Shown piece after piece: positions 50,161-59,389 of a stretch of 64,000 nt of DNA. The DNA comes from Dehalococcoidia bacterium. GTDB lineage: Bacteria > Chloroflexota > Dehalococcoidia > Lucifugimonadales > QGNO01. Within the stretch, counting starts at the first letter, position 1. Each line of letters begins with the position of its first letter. The notes under the pieces were generated by a model that did no database searches, was not told the DNA's origin, and worked only from the letters and a program-made list of their open reading frames with translations. Both the position numbers and the translations under genes were made by a program. The stretch is from NCBI GenBank assembly GCA_965197965.1, contig OZ240235.1:859037-923036 (forward strand). The letters run 5' to 3'.

Positions 50161-50643
50161 CTAGTGAGGCGGCGGAACGTCTTTCAGCATGTCCAGGGCG
50201 TGGGGTATCACGGGAAGAAGCACCTCCAAGCACTGCTCCACTCCCTTGGTGCTGCCAGGCAAATTGATTATCAGAGTATTGCCCCTGGCTCCTACCACGG
50301 CGCGGCTCAGCATGGCCATGGGAGTCTGCTTCATCGTTTGCATCCTCATACCCTCCGCCATGCCGGGCGCTTGCTGGTCGATGACGGCAAGCGTGGCCTC
50401 CGGAGTGACGTCCCGCGAGGTCAGCCCGGTGCCGCCGGTAGTGACAATGAGGTCCAAGCCATCCTCATCTGACCAGCGCCGCAGACGGTCCTCAATGAGC
50501 GCCTGGTCGTCGGGCACGACCTCGTAGCGGCGGAGCTGGAAACCGTGGGCGGAGAGCGTCTTCTCAATAAGGCGGCCACTGGAATCGTCGCGTTTTCCCT
50601 GTGATCCCAGATCGCTTGTGGTGAGAACGCCCAGATTAGGCAT
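50161..50643 (-). CDS. moaB: Molybdopterin adenylyltransferase (MogA/MoaB family)
   Basis: DDSSG, TTGGTGLTSRDVTPEAT, AMLSR, INLPGS. Confidence 0.9.
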   Translation of the reverse strand: MPNLGVLTTSDLGSQGKRDDSSGRLIEKTLSAHGFQLRRYEVVPDDQALIEDRLRRWSDEDGLDLIVTTGGTGLTSRDVTPEATLAVIDQQAPGMAEGMRMQTMKQTPMAMLSRAVVGARGNTLIINLPGSTKGVEQCLEVLLPVIPHALDMLKDVPPPH

Positions 50644-50868
50644 AACACGGTCATGGTATCACAGAGGCAAATGGCAAAGCATCCCTATGCGAACAGATGT
50701 TTTGCCTTGCGTACATTTTCTCAAACATCCTTAGGAATTATTACCAATTTCCTGGTACAGGACTTGACAATCTTCCGTTATAATGGTAAAAATCAGCGGA
50801 ATCAGTAATTTTCAGATTGTTGTTGGACAGAGACTGTCGGGCCTTTATTTGTGGGTTCTCATCTATTT

Positions 50869-51813
50869 ATGGTTCAAGCTACATATCATAGACCTGCTCT
50901 AGTGGAAGAAGTCGTGGGTCTCCTGGACGTAAAGCCAGGTGACCGGTGCCTGGACTCAACAATCGGCGACGGCGGACACGCCGAGGCGATTCTGAAAGCC
51001 ACTGCTCCTGACGGAAGGCTGCTGGGCATCGACGCCGACCCGAAATCGCTGCAAAGAGCCGGGGAAAGGCTACGTCCCTACGCTGATCGCGTCATGCTAT
51101 GCAACGATAACTTCGCCAACTTGGAAAACGTGGCCCAAGACAGCGGATTCACCCCGGTGATGGCGGTCCTGATGGACCTGGGCCTTGCTTCCTGGCACTA
51201 CGAATCTGGCGGGCGAGGCTTCAGCTTCATGGAAAACGCCCCTCTGGACATGCGGCTCAATCCGGATCAACCCATATCGGCATCGGACATAGTCAACACC
51301 TACTCGGAAACCGAGCTGACCGATCTCATATCAACCTACGGCGAGGAGCCCAGAGCGCGGCGCATTGCACGGGCCATAGTTAGCAACCGCCCCATCCGGC
51401 TGGCCTCAGACCTGGCAAGCGCGGTGGAGAAAGCAGCGCCGCGGCGGGGACGGCGCATTCATCCGGCCACGCGCACGTTCCAAGCAATCAGAATAGTAGT
51501 GAACAGAGAATTGGAGAATCTGGAATCAGCGCTGGGACAGGCGGTAAGAATCCTAGCCAAAGGCGGTCGGCTGGCTGTCATCGCCTACCATTCCCTGGAG
51601 GACCGCGTAGTTAAATCGTTCATGCGGCGGGAGTCCCGCGACTGCATCTGCCCGCAGGAGCGGATGGAGTGCGTTTGCGGCCACGTGGCCACTATACGGC
51701 TGCTCAGTAGAAAGGTGCTCAAACCCACCAGGGAAGAGGTCTTGGAAAACCCCAGGATAAGGAGCGCACGTCTCAGGGCCTGTATGGCTCTAGGGGCGGC
51801 AACGGAACAATAG
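50869..51813 (+). CDS. rsmH: 16S rRNA m4C1402 methyltransferase
   Basis: DSTIGDGGHA, DLG, RGFSF, PLDMR, HPATRTFQAIRI, YHSLEDR, RSARLR. Confidence 0.96.
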   Translation: MVQATYHRPALVEEVVGLLDVKPGDRCLDSTIGDGGHAEAILKATAPDGRLLGIDADPKSLQRAGERLRPYADRVMLCNDNFANLENVAQDSGFTPVMAVLMDLGLASWHYESGGRGFSFMENAPLDMRLNPDQPISASDIVNTYSETELTDLISTYGEEPRARRIARAIVSNRPIRLASDLASAVEKAAPRRGRRIHPATRTFQAIRIVVNRELENLESALGQAVRILAKGGRLAVIAYHSLEDRVVKSFMRRESRDCICPQERMECVCGHVATIRLLSRKVLKPTREEVLENPRIRSARLRACMALGAATEQ

Positions 51814-51815
51814 CT

Positions 51816-51947
51816 GGTTGAGGGAGGTCGTCGAAATCGGCGCCTTCCACGTACTGGATAACTTCTCAAAATCGTGTGAGGCCAATCCCTTATAAAAACA
51901 TAATACAACCGGTCAAACCCTCGTCACGACAACCACCTCCCTCAACC
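51816..51947. other. 132-bp element bounded by a perfect 13-bp inverted repeat
   Basis: GGTTGAGGGAGGT (51816-51828) and ACCTCCCTCAACC (51935-51947). Confidence 0.7.
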
Positions 51948-51999
51948 GGGGTAAGTTGACAGAGGGAGCAAATCAACGGCCCGGGAGGGCTGAAACGAA

Positions 52000-53253
52000 A
52001 TGAATAGCGGCAACCTATATATGGCTATAGATGTGGGGACTACAAAAGTCTGCACACTGATCGCCCAGGTCTCACCTGATGGTGAGCTTGAAATAGTAGG
52101 TACGGGAGTGGAGCCGTCACGGGGCATGCGCAAAGGACTGGTGGTGGACATAGACGAGATGAAAGCGGCGGTTAGAGACTCTGTGGAACAGGCCTCCTAC
52201 GGTCTGGACAGAGAACTCCCCGGCGCCTGCATCGGAGTCACCGGCTCACACATCTTCAGCCTCCACACCAGCGCCAAGCTGAACAACCTGAACGGGGACC
52301 CCTCAAAGACCATCACCCGATCAGAGATGGACCTGGTAGTGAAGCAGTCCCATCCCTCGGTGGCCTCCGGGCAGGAGCTGCTCCACGTGATTCCCCAGAA
52401 CTACAAGGTGGACAACGTGGATGGAGTGAGAAACCCCGTGGGCCTCAAGGGGCACCAGCTTACTGTGGAGTCGCACGCGGTAGTGGGCGAGGCCACCTCT
52501 TTGGAGAACGTGGTGCTCGCGGTTGAGGGCGCTGGACTCCAGGTCAACAGCATGGTGCTTGAACCCCTGGCCAGCGCGGAGGCCGTGCTCAGCGCTGAAG
52601 AGCAAGAGACAGGCGTTGTCCTGGTAGACATAGGCGGCGGCACGAGCGATATGGCCATATTCCTGGGCGGAGTCATGGTGCAGACCGCGGTAATTCCGGT
52701 AGGCGGGTTCCAGTTCACCAACGACCTTGTTGTGGCTCTGGGGATACCTTACAAGGAAGCAGAGAAGGCAAAGTTAGCACACGGTCACGCAATACCGGAC
52801 AGGGTAGACCCTGATGAAATGATAGAGATAAAGGGGTACGACGGCGAGTGTCCGCACCAGGTGCGCGCCAGGGACCTCAGCCGCACCCTCAACGACCGTA
52901 CTGATGAGTTGCTGCGCCTTGTCCTCATAAAACTGAAGGAAAGCGGGCTCAGGGTAATGCCTCCGGCCGGAATTGTGTTCACAGGCGGGGGCGCCAACAT
53001 TCCAGGGCTGCAAGAGATGGCTAAGGACATGGTGCCCGGGCCGGTGCGAATAGCACATCCTAAAGACATTCTAGGGCTGCCGGACACTTTGAAGAGCCCA
53101 ACATATTCAACAAGCATAGGGATCCTATTGTGGGGAATCCACCACCCTACAGAACAATTGGCGTATAGAAGGACTAACGGAAACGGTAGCTCTGCCAAGG
53201 GACGGCGCTGGCTGCACTGGCTAGCCCGGTTCATAGGCGCCGGCAGGAACTAA
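52000..53253 (+). CDS. ftsA: Cell division protein FtsA
   Basis: IDVGTTKV, EPLASA, VDIGGGTSD, AEKAK, VFTGGG. Confidence 0.96.
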   Translation: MNSGNLYMAIDVGTTKVCTLIAQVSPDGELEIVGTGVEPSRGMRKGLVVDIDEMKAAVRDSVEQASYGLDRELPGACIGVTGSHIFSLHTSAKLNNLNGDPSKTITRSEMDLVVKQSHPSVASGQELLHVIPQNYKVDNVDGVRNPVGLKGHQLTVESHAVVGEATSLENVVLAVEGAGLQVNSMVLEPLASAEAVLSAEEQETGVVLVDIGGGTSDMAIFLGGVMVQTAVIPVGGFQFTNDLVVALGIPYKEAEKAKLAHGHAIPDRVDPDEMIEIKGYDGECPHQVRARDLSRTLNDRTDELLRLVLIKLKESGLRVMPPAGIVFTGGGANIPGLQEMAKDMVPGPVRIAHPKDILGLPDTLKSPTYSTSIGILLWGIHHPTEQLAYRRTNGNGSSAKGRRWLHWLARFIGAGRN

Positions 53254-53268
53254 ATCTAGGAGTGAGCA

Positions 53269-54363
53269 ATGACTTCGAACCACAATCCTGACAAAATCGG
53301 TCAAGCAATTGTAAAGGTTATTGGCGTAGGTGGAGGCGGGTGCAACGCAGTGACGCGAATGTACCATGATCGCATCGTTGGCGTGGAATATATAGCGGTG
53401 AACACGGACGCGCAGCACCTCATACAGATAGACGTGCCGGTAAAGATACGCGTTGGCGACAAGCTGACCCGCGGCCTTGGCGTGGGCGGCAACCCTGACA
53501 TGGGACGAGACTCCGCGGAAGAAAGCCGCGACGAGCTGTATGAAGCGGTACGTGGCTCTGACATGGTGTTCGTAGCCGGCGGTATGGGCGGAGGCACAGG
53601 TACGGGCGCCTGTCCCGTAGTGGCCGAGATAGCAAAGGAAAGCGGCGCTCTCACCATTGCGGTGGTGACCAAGCCGTTTGCCTTCGAAGGACACAAGCGC
53701 CGCAAGCAGGCAGAGGATGGCATAGCCCTGCTCCGCGACAGAGTGGACTCGTTGATTGTCATTCCCAACGACCGTCTCTTGGAGATGTGCGAAGACGACG
53801 TCACTGCGGATCAAGCGTTCAAGCTGGCCGACGAAGTGCTGAGGCAGGGCGTTCAGTCCATTGCGGAGCTGGTAACCGTATCAGGCACTATCAACCTGGA
53901 CTTTGCCGACGTGAAGTCGGTAATGAGCGGAGCCGGCCCTGCCTGGATGGCCATAGGCTCCGGCCGCGGGCAGAACCGCGCCACGGACGCAGCTCGCGAC
54001 GCCATCAACAGCCCGTTGCTGGACGTATCCATTGAAGGCGCAAAGGGTGTGCTGCTCAACGTAGCCGGCGGCGCCGATCTTACGCTGCACGAAGTACACG
54101 AAGCGGCTGCAGTCATAGAACAGGTGGTAGACCCCAATGCCAACATCATCTTTGGCATGGTGCAGGACCTGAAACTGGACGACGAAGTTCGCGTCACCAT
54201 CATTGCAACCGGCTTCCCCGGAGTGGAGACCTTTATCCCAGAGGATGATCTGCTGCTCTCCCAGCTTTCTTTGTCCTCCACAAATGAGGAAAATGACCTG
54301 GACGTACCGCCATTCCTGCGCCGGCACCCCACCTTGCGAAGAAGGGGGCGGCAGGGGTTCTAA
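53269..54363 (+). CDS. ftsZ: Cell division protein FtsZ
   Basis: GVGGGGCNA, GMGGGTGTG, INLDFADV, C-terminal LDVPPFLRR. Confidence 0.98.
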   Translation: MTSNHNPDKIGQAIVKVIGVGGGGCNAVTRMYHDRIVGVEYIAVNTDAQHLIQIDVPVKIRVGDKLTRGLGVGGNPDMGRDSAEESRDELYEAVRGSDMVFVAGGMGGGTGTGACPVVAEIAKESGALTIAVVTKPFAFEGHKRRKQAEDGIALLRDRVDSLIVIPNDRLLEMCEDDVTADQAFKLADEVLRQGVQSIAELVTVSGTINLDFADVKSVMSGAGPAWMAIGSGRGQNRATDAARDAINSPLLDVSIEGAKGVLLNVAGGADLTLHEVHEAAAVIEQVVDPNANIIFGMVQDLKLDDEVRVTIIATGFPGVETFIPEDDLLLSQLSLSSTNEENDLDVPPFLRRHPTLRRRGRQGF

Positions 54364-54489
54364 TCTAATTTGGTAGATCTTCTCCGAGCGCCCGTACATT
54401 ATTACTTTTTTCTAGGGGATATCATCGGCGACTCGGAGACCGATCAAGGGTAGTCCCGGTTTCCCTCCCCCGGGACAGCCTTCAGATTC

Positions 54490-54526
54490 AAGCCCGGTAG
54501 GTGCGATGCCTACCGGGCTTCTTCTT
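54490..54526 (+). terminator. Intrinsic terminator downstream of ftsZ
   Basis: AAGCCCGGTAGG-7 nt-CCTACCGGGCTT followed by CTTCTT. Confidence 0.65.
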
Positions 54527-54639
54527 AGCTCCTGCAAGCCACCACAGCATATTGCTGCAACCTTTATTCAATCCACTGAATAAAGGACACAATCCCCTTG
54601 ACACCGGTATGCAAACGGGTGTATATCTATCTGGGTTGA

Positions 54640-54686
54640 GCACTAGGGATTGTGGTCTGCTGTTAGCATTACCCCACAAGTTGTGT
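54640..54686. promoter_or_regulatory. Tandem NrdR boxes
   Basis: GCACTAGGGATTGTGG (54640) and ACCCCACAAGTTGTGT (54671), 31 bp apart, resembling acaCwAtATaTwGtgt; TTGACA at 54598 upstream. Confidence 0.65.
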
Positions 54687-54706
54687 AATTAAGGTAGCTT
54701 TTCGAA

Positions 54707-55285
54707 ATGCAGTGTCCTTATTGCGGCTATAGCGATTCTCACGTTATAGACACCCGCGACGCCGGGGACGGTATTCGCCGCCGGCGTGAGTGTCTTCAGT
54801 GCGGTCTGCGTTACACCACCTATGAGAGGGTGCAGACCACGGCCCTGATGGTCCTGAAGCGCGATACTCGCAGAGAGGAGTACAACCACCAAAAGCTGCT
54901 CAACAGCATACGCGTTGCCTGCGCCAAAAGGCCGCTGCCCACGGGGGCCATTGAGCGAATTGTGTCGGACGTAGAGGAGCAGCTCCAGGGCTTGGGGCGC
55001 GCCGATATCCCAAGCTCAGCCATAGGCGAGATGGTGATGGAACGCCTGAGAAGACTTGACAGGGTGGCGTATATCCGATTCGCCAGTGTCTATCGTGACT
55101 TCGAGGACCTGGAGACATTCCGGGACGAGGTGGACGCCATGCTATCGTCGCGGGAAACAGGCGTGGCGCCGGAGAACCAGGGCACGCTGTTTCCGCTGGA
55201 TGAGGGCAGGCGGAGGCCACCGCGCCGGGGCAGGCCTCCCAAGCAGCAAAGCGCCGCCAGGCAGGGCGAAAAACTGACCCAATAA
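54707..55285 (+). CDS. nrdR: Transcriptional repressor NrdR
   Basis: MQCPYC, IRRRREC..C..RYTTYE, ATP cone, VAYIRFASVY. Confidence 0.97.
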   Translation: MQCPYCGYSDSHVIDTRDAGDGIRRRRECLQCGLRYTTYERVQTTALMVLKRDTRREEYNHQKLLNSIRVACAKRPLPTGAIERIVSDVEEQLQGLGRADIPSSAIGEMVMERLRRLDRVAYIRFASVYRDFEDLETFRDEVDAMLSSRETGVAPENQGTLFPLDEGRRRPPRRGRPPKQQSAARQGEKLTQ

Positions 55286-55398
55286 TGAGAAAAATCACCA
55301 TGGCCATGAGCAACAGCAAACCGCTAATCTACCAGGCAATTGGCTGCTCCGTCAGCGGCGCGGAAGAGAAGCGCCGCACCTGCAACTGCTGCGGGTAG
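55285..55398 (+). CDS. Putative 37-aa Cys-rich small ORF / leader peptide
   Basis: TAATG overlap with the nrdR stop; MRKITMAMSNSKPLIYQAIGCSVSGAEEKRRTCNCCG. Confidence 0.35.
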   Translation: MRKITMAMSNSKPLIYQAIGCSVSGAEEKRRTCNCCG

Positions 55399-55495
55399 CA
55401 CCCGCTTTCGCTTCAGGTCTGGGACGCCTGCAATTATTCCGCCCTCCGTTTATCAAGTCGTTTTGAGGGCATAGATAGAAAGGAATTCTAAAAGA

Positions 55496-57802
55496 ATGAC
55501 CACCAACCGAATAGAGCCCCAACTCACTGAAAACGCTCACACTATCCTCAAAACGCGCTACCTGATAGGCGACGAGACGGCGCAGGACCTGTTCCTGCGA
55601 GTCGCCAGGGCCGTGGCGGGGCCGGAAGATCCGGAGATCCGTGAGGGGTGGGCCGATACCTTCTACAAACTGATGGCTAGCACCAAGTTCCTGCCCAACT
55701 CCCCTACCCTGTTCAATGCGGGCACGGGCCAGGGCACGCTTTCCGCCTGTTTTGTGCTCCCCGTAGAGGACACCATGGAGAGCATAATGGAGGCGGCGCG
55801 CGCTTCCGCCATGATTCAAAAGTACGGCGGCGGACTTGGCTACTCTTTCAGCAAGCTGCGGCCGCGCGGCAGCGGAATCAAGACCACTCAGGGCAAGGCC
55901 TGCGGCTCCATAGCCGTGCTCAAGATGCTCAGCTCTCTTTCAGACATGATCACCCAGGGGGGCAAGCGTCACGGCGCCAACATGGGCATACTGGACGTGT
56001 CGCACCCTGAGATAATGGATTTCATACACATGAAAGACGACGACGCCACGGCGCAAAACTTCAACATCTCCGTGGCAATCAGCGACGCCTTCATGAAGGC
56101 GGTTAAGAACAACGAAGATTGGGACCTGGTGGTGCCGGAAGGCAGCGGGGACAACAAAGCCGGAGAGGTGGTTAGAACGCTGCCTGCCCGCCAGATATGG
56201 AAAGAGATCATAGAATCGGCGTGGAAAACGGGAGACCCCGGTCTCTACTTCATAGACGAGGCCAACCGGTACAATCCCACGCCCCACCTGGGGAGGTTGG
56301 AAAGCACCAACCCCTGCGGCGAGGTGCCGCTGCTGGCCAACGAGGCCTGTAACCTGGGTTCCATAGACCTGGGCAAATTCGTCACCGAAGACGGCGGCGG
56401 TCCCCGTTTCGATTTCGAATCGCTGAGGGCCACCTCGTCCATCGCCGCCCGTTTCCTGGATGACGTGGTCACGGTCAACTCCTTCCCCACGGACGAAGTA
56501 AAGAAGGCCGTGGACACCACTCGCAAGACCGGTCTGGGCGTCATGGGCTGGCACGATGCTCTAATACAGATGGGCATCGCCTACGAATCGGAAGAGGCGC
56601 TGGACCTTGGTTCCAAGGTGATGGCTACCATCAACGATGCGGCCCGCGATGTGTCTCTGGAGCTTGCCAGAGAGCGGGGCCCCTACCCTGGCTGGAAGCC
56701 GCAATCGGAAGACGACCTGCCCATCCGCAACGCCACGCGCACCTGTATTGCTCCCACGGGCACCATCAGCGCCATAGCCGGGGCTTCCAGCGGAATAGAG
56801 CCCATCTTTGCCCTTGCCTTTGTCAAGAACGTGCTGGACGGCAAGCATCTGCGAGAGGTCAACGACCAGTTCCTTCGCGTTGCCCGCCAGCGCGGCTTCT
56901 ACTCAGAGCAGCTGATGGACGAAGTGGCGAAGACGGGCTCCTGCCAGCACATAGACGGCGTCCCCGACGACGTGAAGGCTCTGTTCAAGGTGGCCAACGA
57001 AATAGAGGTCAAAGCTCACGTGAATATGCAGGCGGTGTTCCAAGCCCACACCGACCTCGCCGTGAGCAAGACCATCAACATGGCCAACTCAGCCACCGCC
57101 GAGGACGTGGAAAGCGCCTACTGGTTGGCTTACGACAACCACTGCAAGGGCATCACCATATACCGCGACGGCTCCAAGTCCATGCAGGTGCTGGAGGTGC
57201 AGAGTAAGAAGTCCAAAGATCAGGTGAGCGAAGCCGTTGTTCAAGCGGAAGCGGTTGTGACCAGGACCGAACGGGAGCGCCCCCTTCAGATGCAGGGAAT
57301 CACCGAGCGCGTGCGCACCGGCCACGGCAACACGTTCGTAACCATCAACCTGGATCAAAATAAACAGCCCTTTGAGGTGTTCACCACCCTGGGCAAGGCG
57401 GGCAGCTGTGATTCGGCGCACCTGGAGGCAATCGCCAGGCTGGTGTCCCTGGCGCTGCGCTCCGGCATCCCCGCCGAAGAGATAGTGGGCCAGATGCAGG
57501 GCATCACCTGCCACCCGGTGTGGGACCAGGGGGTTATGGTCAGATCGGTTCCGGACGCCCTAGCCCAGGTATTGCGCAAACACGCCGTGCCGGGCGCTCA
57601 AGATGTGGAGGACAGCTACGGAGCACAGTTGGGCCTTCCCGTGAACAACGGCAACGGCCATGCAAACGGCCACGGCAAGGCGGAGGCCAAGCAGCCGGTA
57701 TCGGCAGTGGGCTTCAGCTGCCCCGAGTGCGGCGGGCCGGTGGCCTTCCAGGAAGGCTGCGTCATATGCCAGGCCTGCGCCTGGAACCAGTGCGGAGGGT
57801 AA
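55496..57802 (+). CDS. nrdJ: Class II (adenosylcobalamin-dependent) ribonucleotide reductase with TSCPD and Zn-ribbon tail
   Basis: PNSPTLFN, LSACF, TNPCGE, CNLGS, IAPTGTIS, VSKTIN, KGITIYRDGS, C-terminal CPEC..C..C. Confidence 0.94.
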   Translation: MTTNRIEPQLTENAHTILKTRYLIGDETAQDLFLRVARAVAGPEDPEIREGWADTFYKLMASTKFLPNSPTLFNAGTGQGTLSACFVLPVEDTMESIMEAARASAMIQKYGGGLGYSFSKLRPRGSGIKTTQGKACGSIAVLKMLSSLSDMITQGGKRHGANMGILDVSHPEIMDFIHMKDDDATAQNFNISVAISDAFMKAVKNNEDWDLVVPEGSGDNKAGEVVRTLPARQIWKEIIESAWKTGDPGLYFIDEANRYNPTPHLGRLESTNPCGEVPLLANEACNLGSIDLGKFVTEDGGGPRFDFESLRATSSIAARFLDDVVTVNSFPTDEVKKAVDTTRKTGLGVMGWHDALIQMGIAYESEEALDLGSKVMATINDAARDVSLELARERGPYPGWKPQSEDDLPIRNATRTCIAPTGTISAIAGASSGIEPIFALAFVKNVLDGKHLREVNDQFLRVARQRGFYSEQLMDEVAKTGSCQHIDGVPDDVKALFKVANEIEVKAHVNMQAVFQAHTDLAVSKTINMANSATAEDVESAYWLAYDNHCKGITIYRDGSKSMQVLEVQSKKSKDQVSEAVVQAEAVVTRTERERPLQMQGITERVRTGHGNTFVTINLDQNKQPFEVFTTLGKAGSCDSAHLEAIARLVSLALRSGIPAEEIVGQMQGITCHPVWDQGVMVRSVPDALAQVLRKHAVPGAQDVEDSYGAQLGLPVNNGNGHANGHGKAEAKQPVSAVGFSCPECGGPVAFQEGCVICQACAWNQCGG

Positions 57803-57838
57803 TTAACGTTCCATAGGTAGCTTGACAACAAGTCGGCA

Positions 57839-58371
57839 ATGGAGGGAAACATGCTGGCAGGAAACGGCAAGATACGCTGGTTGATCGATAACGGGCTGCC
57901 TCAGGTGGAGGCGGTTGAGCCTAATACTCTCCCGCTTTCCCACTGCCGCCGCGACCTCATAACCGAGGCTATTCAGCAGGGGCGCTGGGTGGTCACCGCC
58001 AACCGCGACATGCTGAGGAGCCGTGCTGTTCCCTCCAGCGCTGTTCCCTCCGGCGCTGTTCCCTCCAGCGCTGTTCCCTCCAGCGCCGTTCCCTCCGACG
58101 CTATCCCTCCCAATTGTCCGCCGGTAGCCGTGGTGGATAACAAGGACTGCTCAGAGGAGGGCTTGCTGCGCAACCTGCTTCACCTGGAGTTCCGCCTGCT
58201 GCGCCAGCAGGGGCAGGAATCCGGCGCTACAGGGATGGTCAGAGGTTTTTCATAGACATGGATCGTTCAATCTACAGAGTCAATTCAGAAGGAGGTTTGG
58301 AGGAGATAGAAATCTGGAAGGTGCCCAGCCTTAGCGTTAAGGCTGTCCCGTTATGGGGTGCCCCGGCTTAG
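57839..58371 (+). pseudogene. DUF5615/Mut7-C-like PIN-fold protein, probably frameshifted, with internal repeat expansion
   Basis: IRWLIDNGLP...AIQQGRWVVTANRD; ORF stops at 58255 but a -1 frame continues as GQRFFIDMDRSIYRV...PLWGAPA to TAG at 58371. Confidence 0.45.
58025..58111. repeat. 15-bp tandem repeat, 5 copies plus a degenerate one (AVPSS)
   Basis: GCTGTTCCCTCCAGC units. Confidence 0.95.
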
Positions 58372-58425
58372 CTGCCGGGGCACAGGACCAGGATGGCCCG
58401 GCATGTTGTTTCCAATCATCTATAG

Positions 58426-58676
58426 TGCCGGGGCATCCCCTTCACTTCCTAAGAGTCCCCCGCTAAAACGGGGGCCGGTCGGTTCGCCTTCCCCGGGTGG
58501 ACCATCGATCCTTCTACGTGGGGGTGTCCCTCCGCCATCAAGGGACGCCTCCCTTCACCAGCGGCCCGTTGCCTCCTGCGGGCCGCTATCCCTTTAGGCC
58601 GCTATCTCTTTAGGCCGCTGTTTCTTTCGGTCCGCTTAGAGGCTTCCGAGAAGGTCCGTCCTGAGATGCCCCAGCA
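58426..58676. ncRNA. Candidate structured RNA or structured repeat, family unknown
   Basis: Terminal stem TGCCGGGGCATCCC/GAGATGCCCCAGCA enclosing several hairpins and three 16-bp repeats at 58581-58628. Confidence 0.35.
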
Positions 58677-59389
58677 ACTCTTCTCTAGCCATGTGACTAT
58701 ACAATAGACCCCCAAAGCTGTCGAGGACAGAACAGGTGGCCACGGCGGCATTGCGAGCACAGCAAAGCAATCCGGCGGTGGGGTGGTGTCATTCTGAACG
58801 AAGTGAAGAATCTTTTACCACAACAAACGAGATCCCTCTACCCGCAAACTCCGTCCGACTGCCCGTCTGCCAGACTGCCCGCTTGCCCCCCTGCCACACA
58901 TCCCTTCCCCACGCCATCACCTCCCCCTATCCTGTATCCATGAACCCTACCCGGAACGCTATCCGCAAACTACCGACCCTCAGCAACGTCCACACGCCGG
59001 CTCTCCCTTGCCTGCTTGCCCGTTTGCCTACCATCAGCACGGCCCCGCGCCGTATCTCCTCCTCGACGAACATCGTTGACTCCATGGCGATCGGATTTGT
59101 TTTCGCATATTTCGACAAAAAGTTGCCCGTTTTAGCTTTGCTAGTTGACATAACGTCTGAAACAATTCGCCGCAAAACAACCCCTTCAACCACCCCTACG
59201 ATTCGTGCACTATTCCCCACCGACCATGGCCATTTCCGCCATCCCGCTTCCAGCCCGCGGGCCACCTCCCCTTGCCCGCCTGCCAGCTTGCCCGTTTGCC
59301 CACCGGCACGGGCGGACTGGCAATCGGTCATCACTGTCAATATAATCCTCTCAGCAAGTCAAACGTCAGTAAGTCAAACGGAGTGAACA

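Noticed and set aside
54364-55495. Cobalamin riboswitch for nrdJ
   Set aside because: No recognisable B12-box or core consensus by eye.
58025-58636. Tandem repeats as a CRISPR array
   Set aside because: The units are 15-16 bp, contiguous and spacer-free, and no cas genes are present.
58736-59386. 216-aa and 137-aa ORFs upstream of pdxA
   Set aside because: Built from repeats with biased composition and no recognisable domain.
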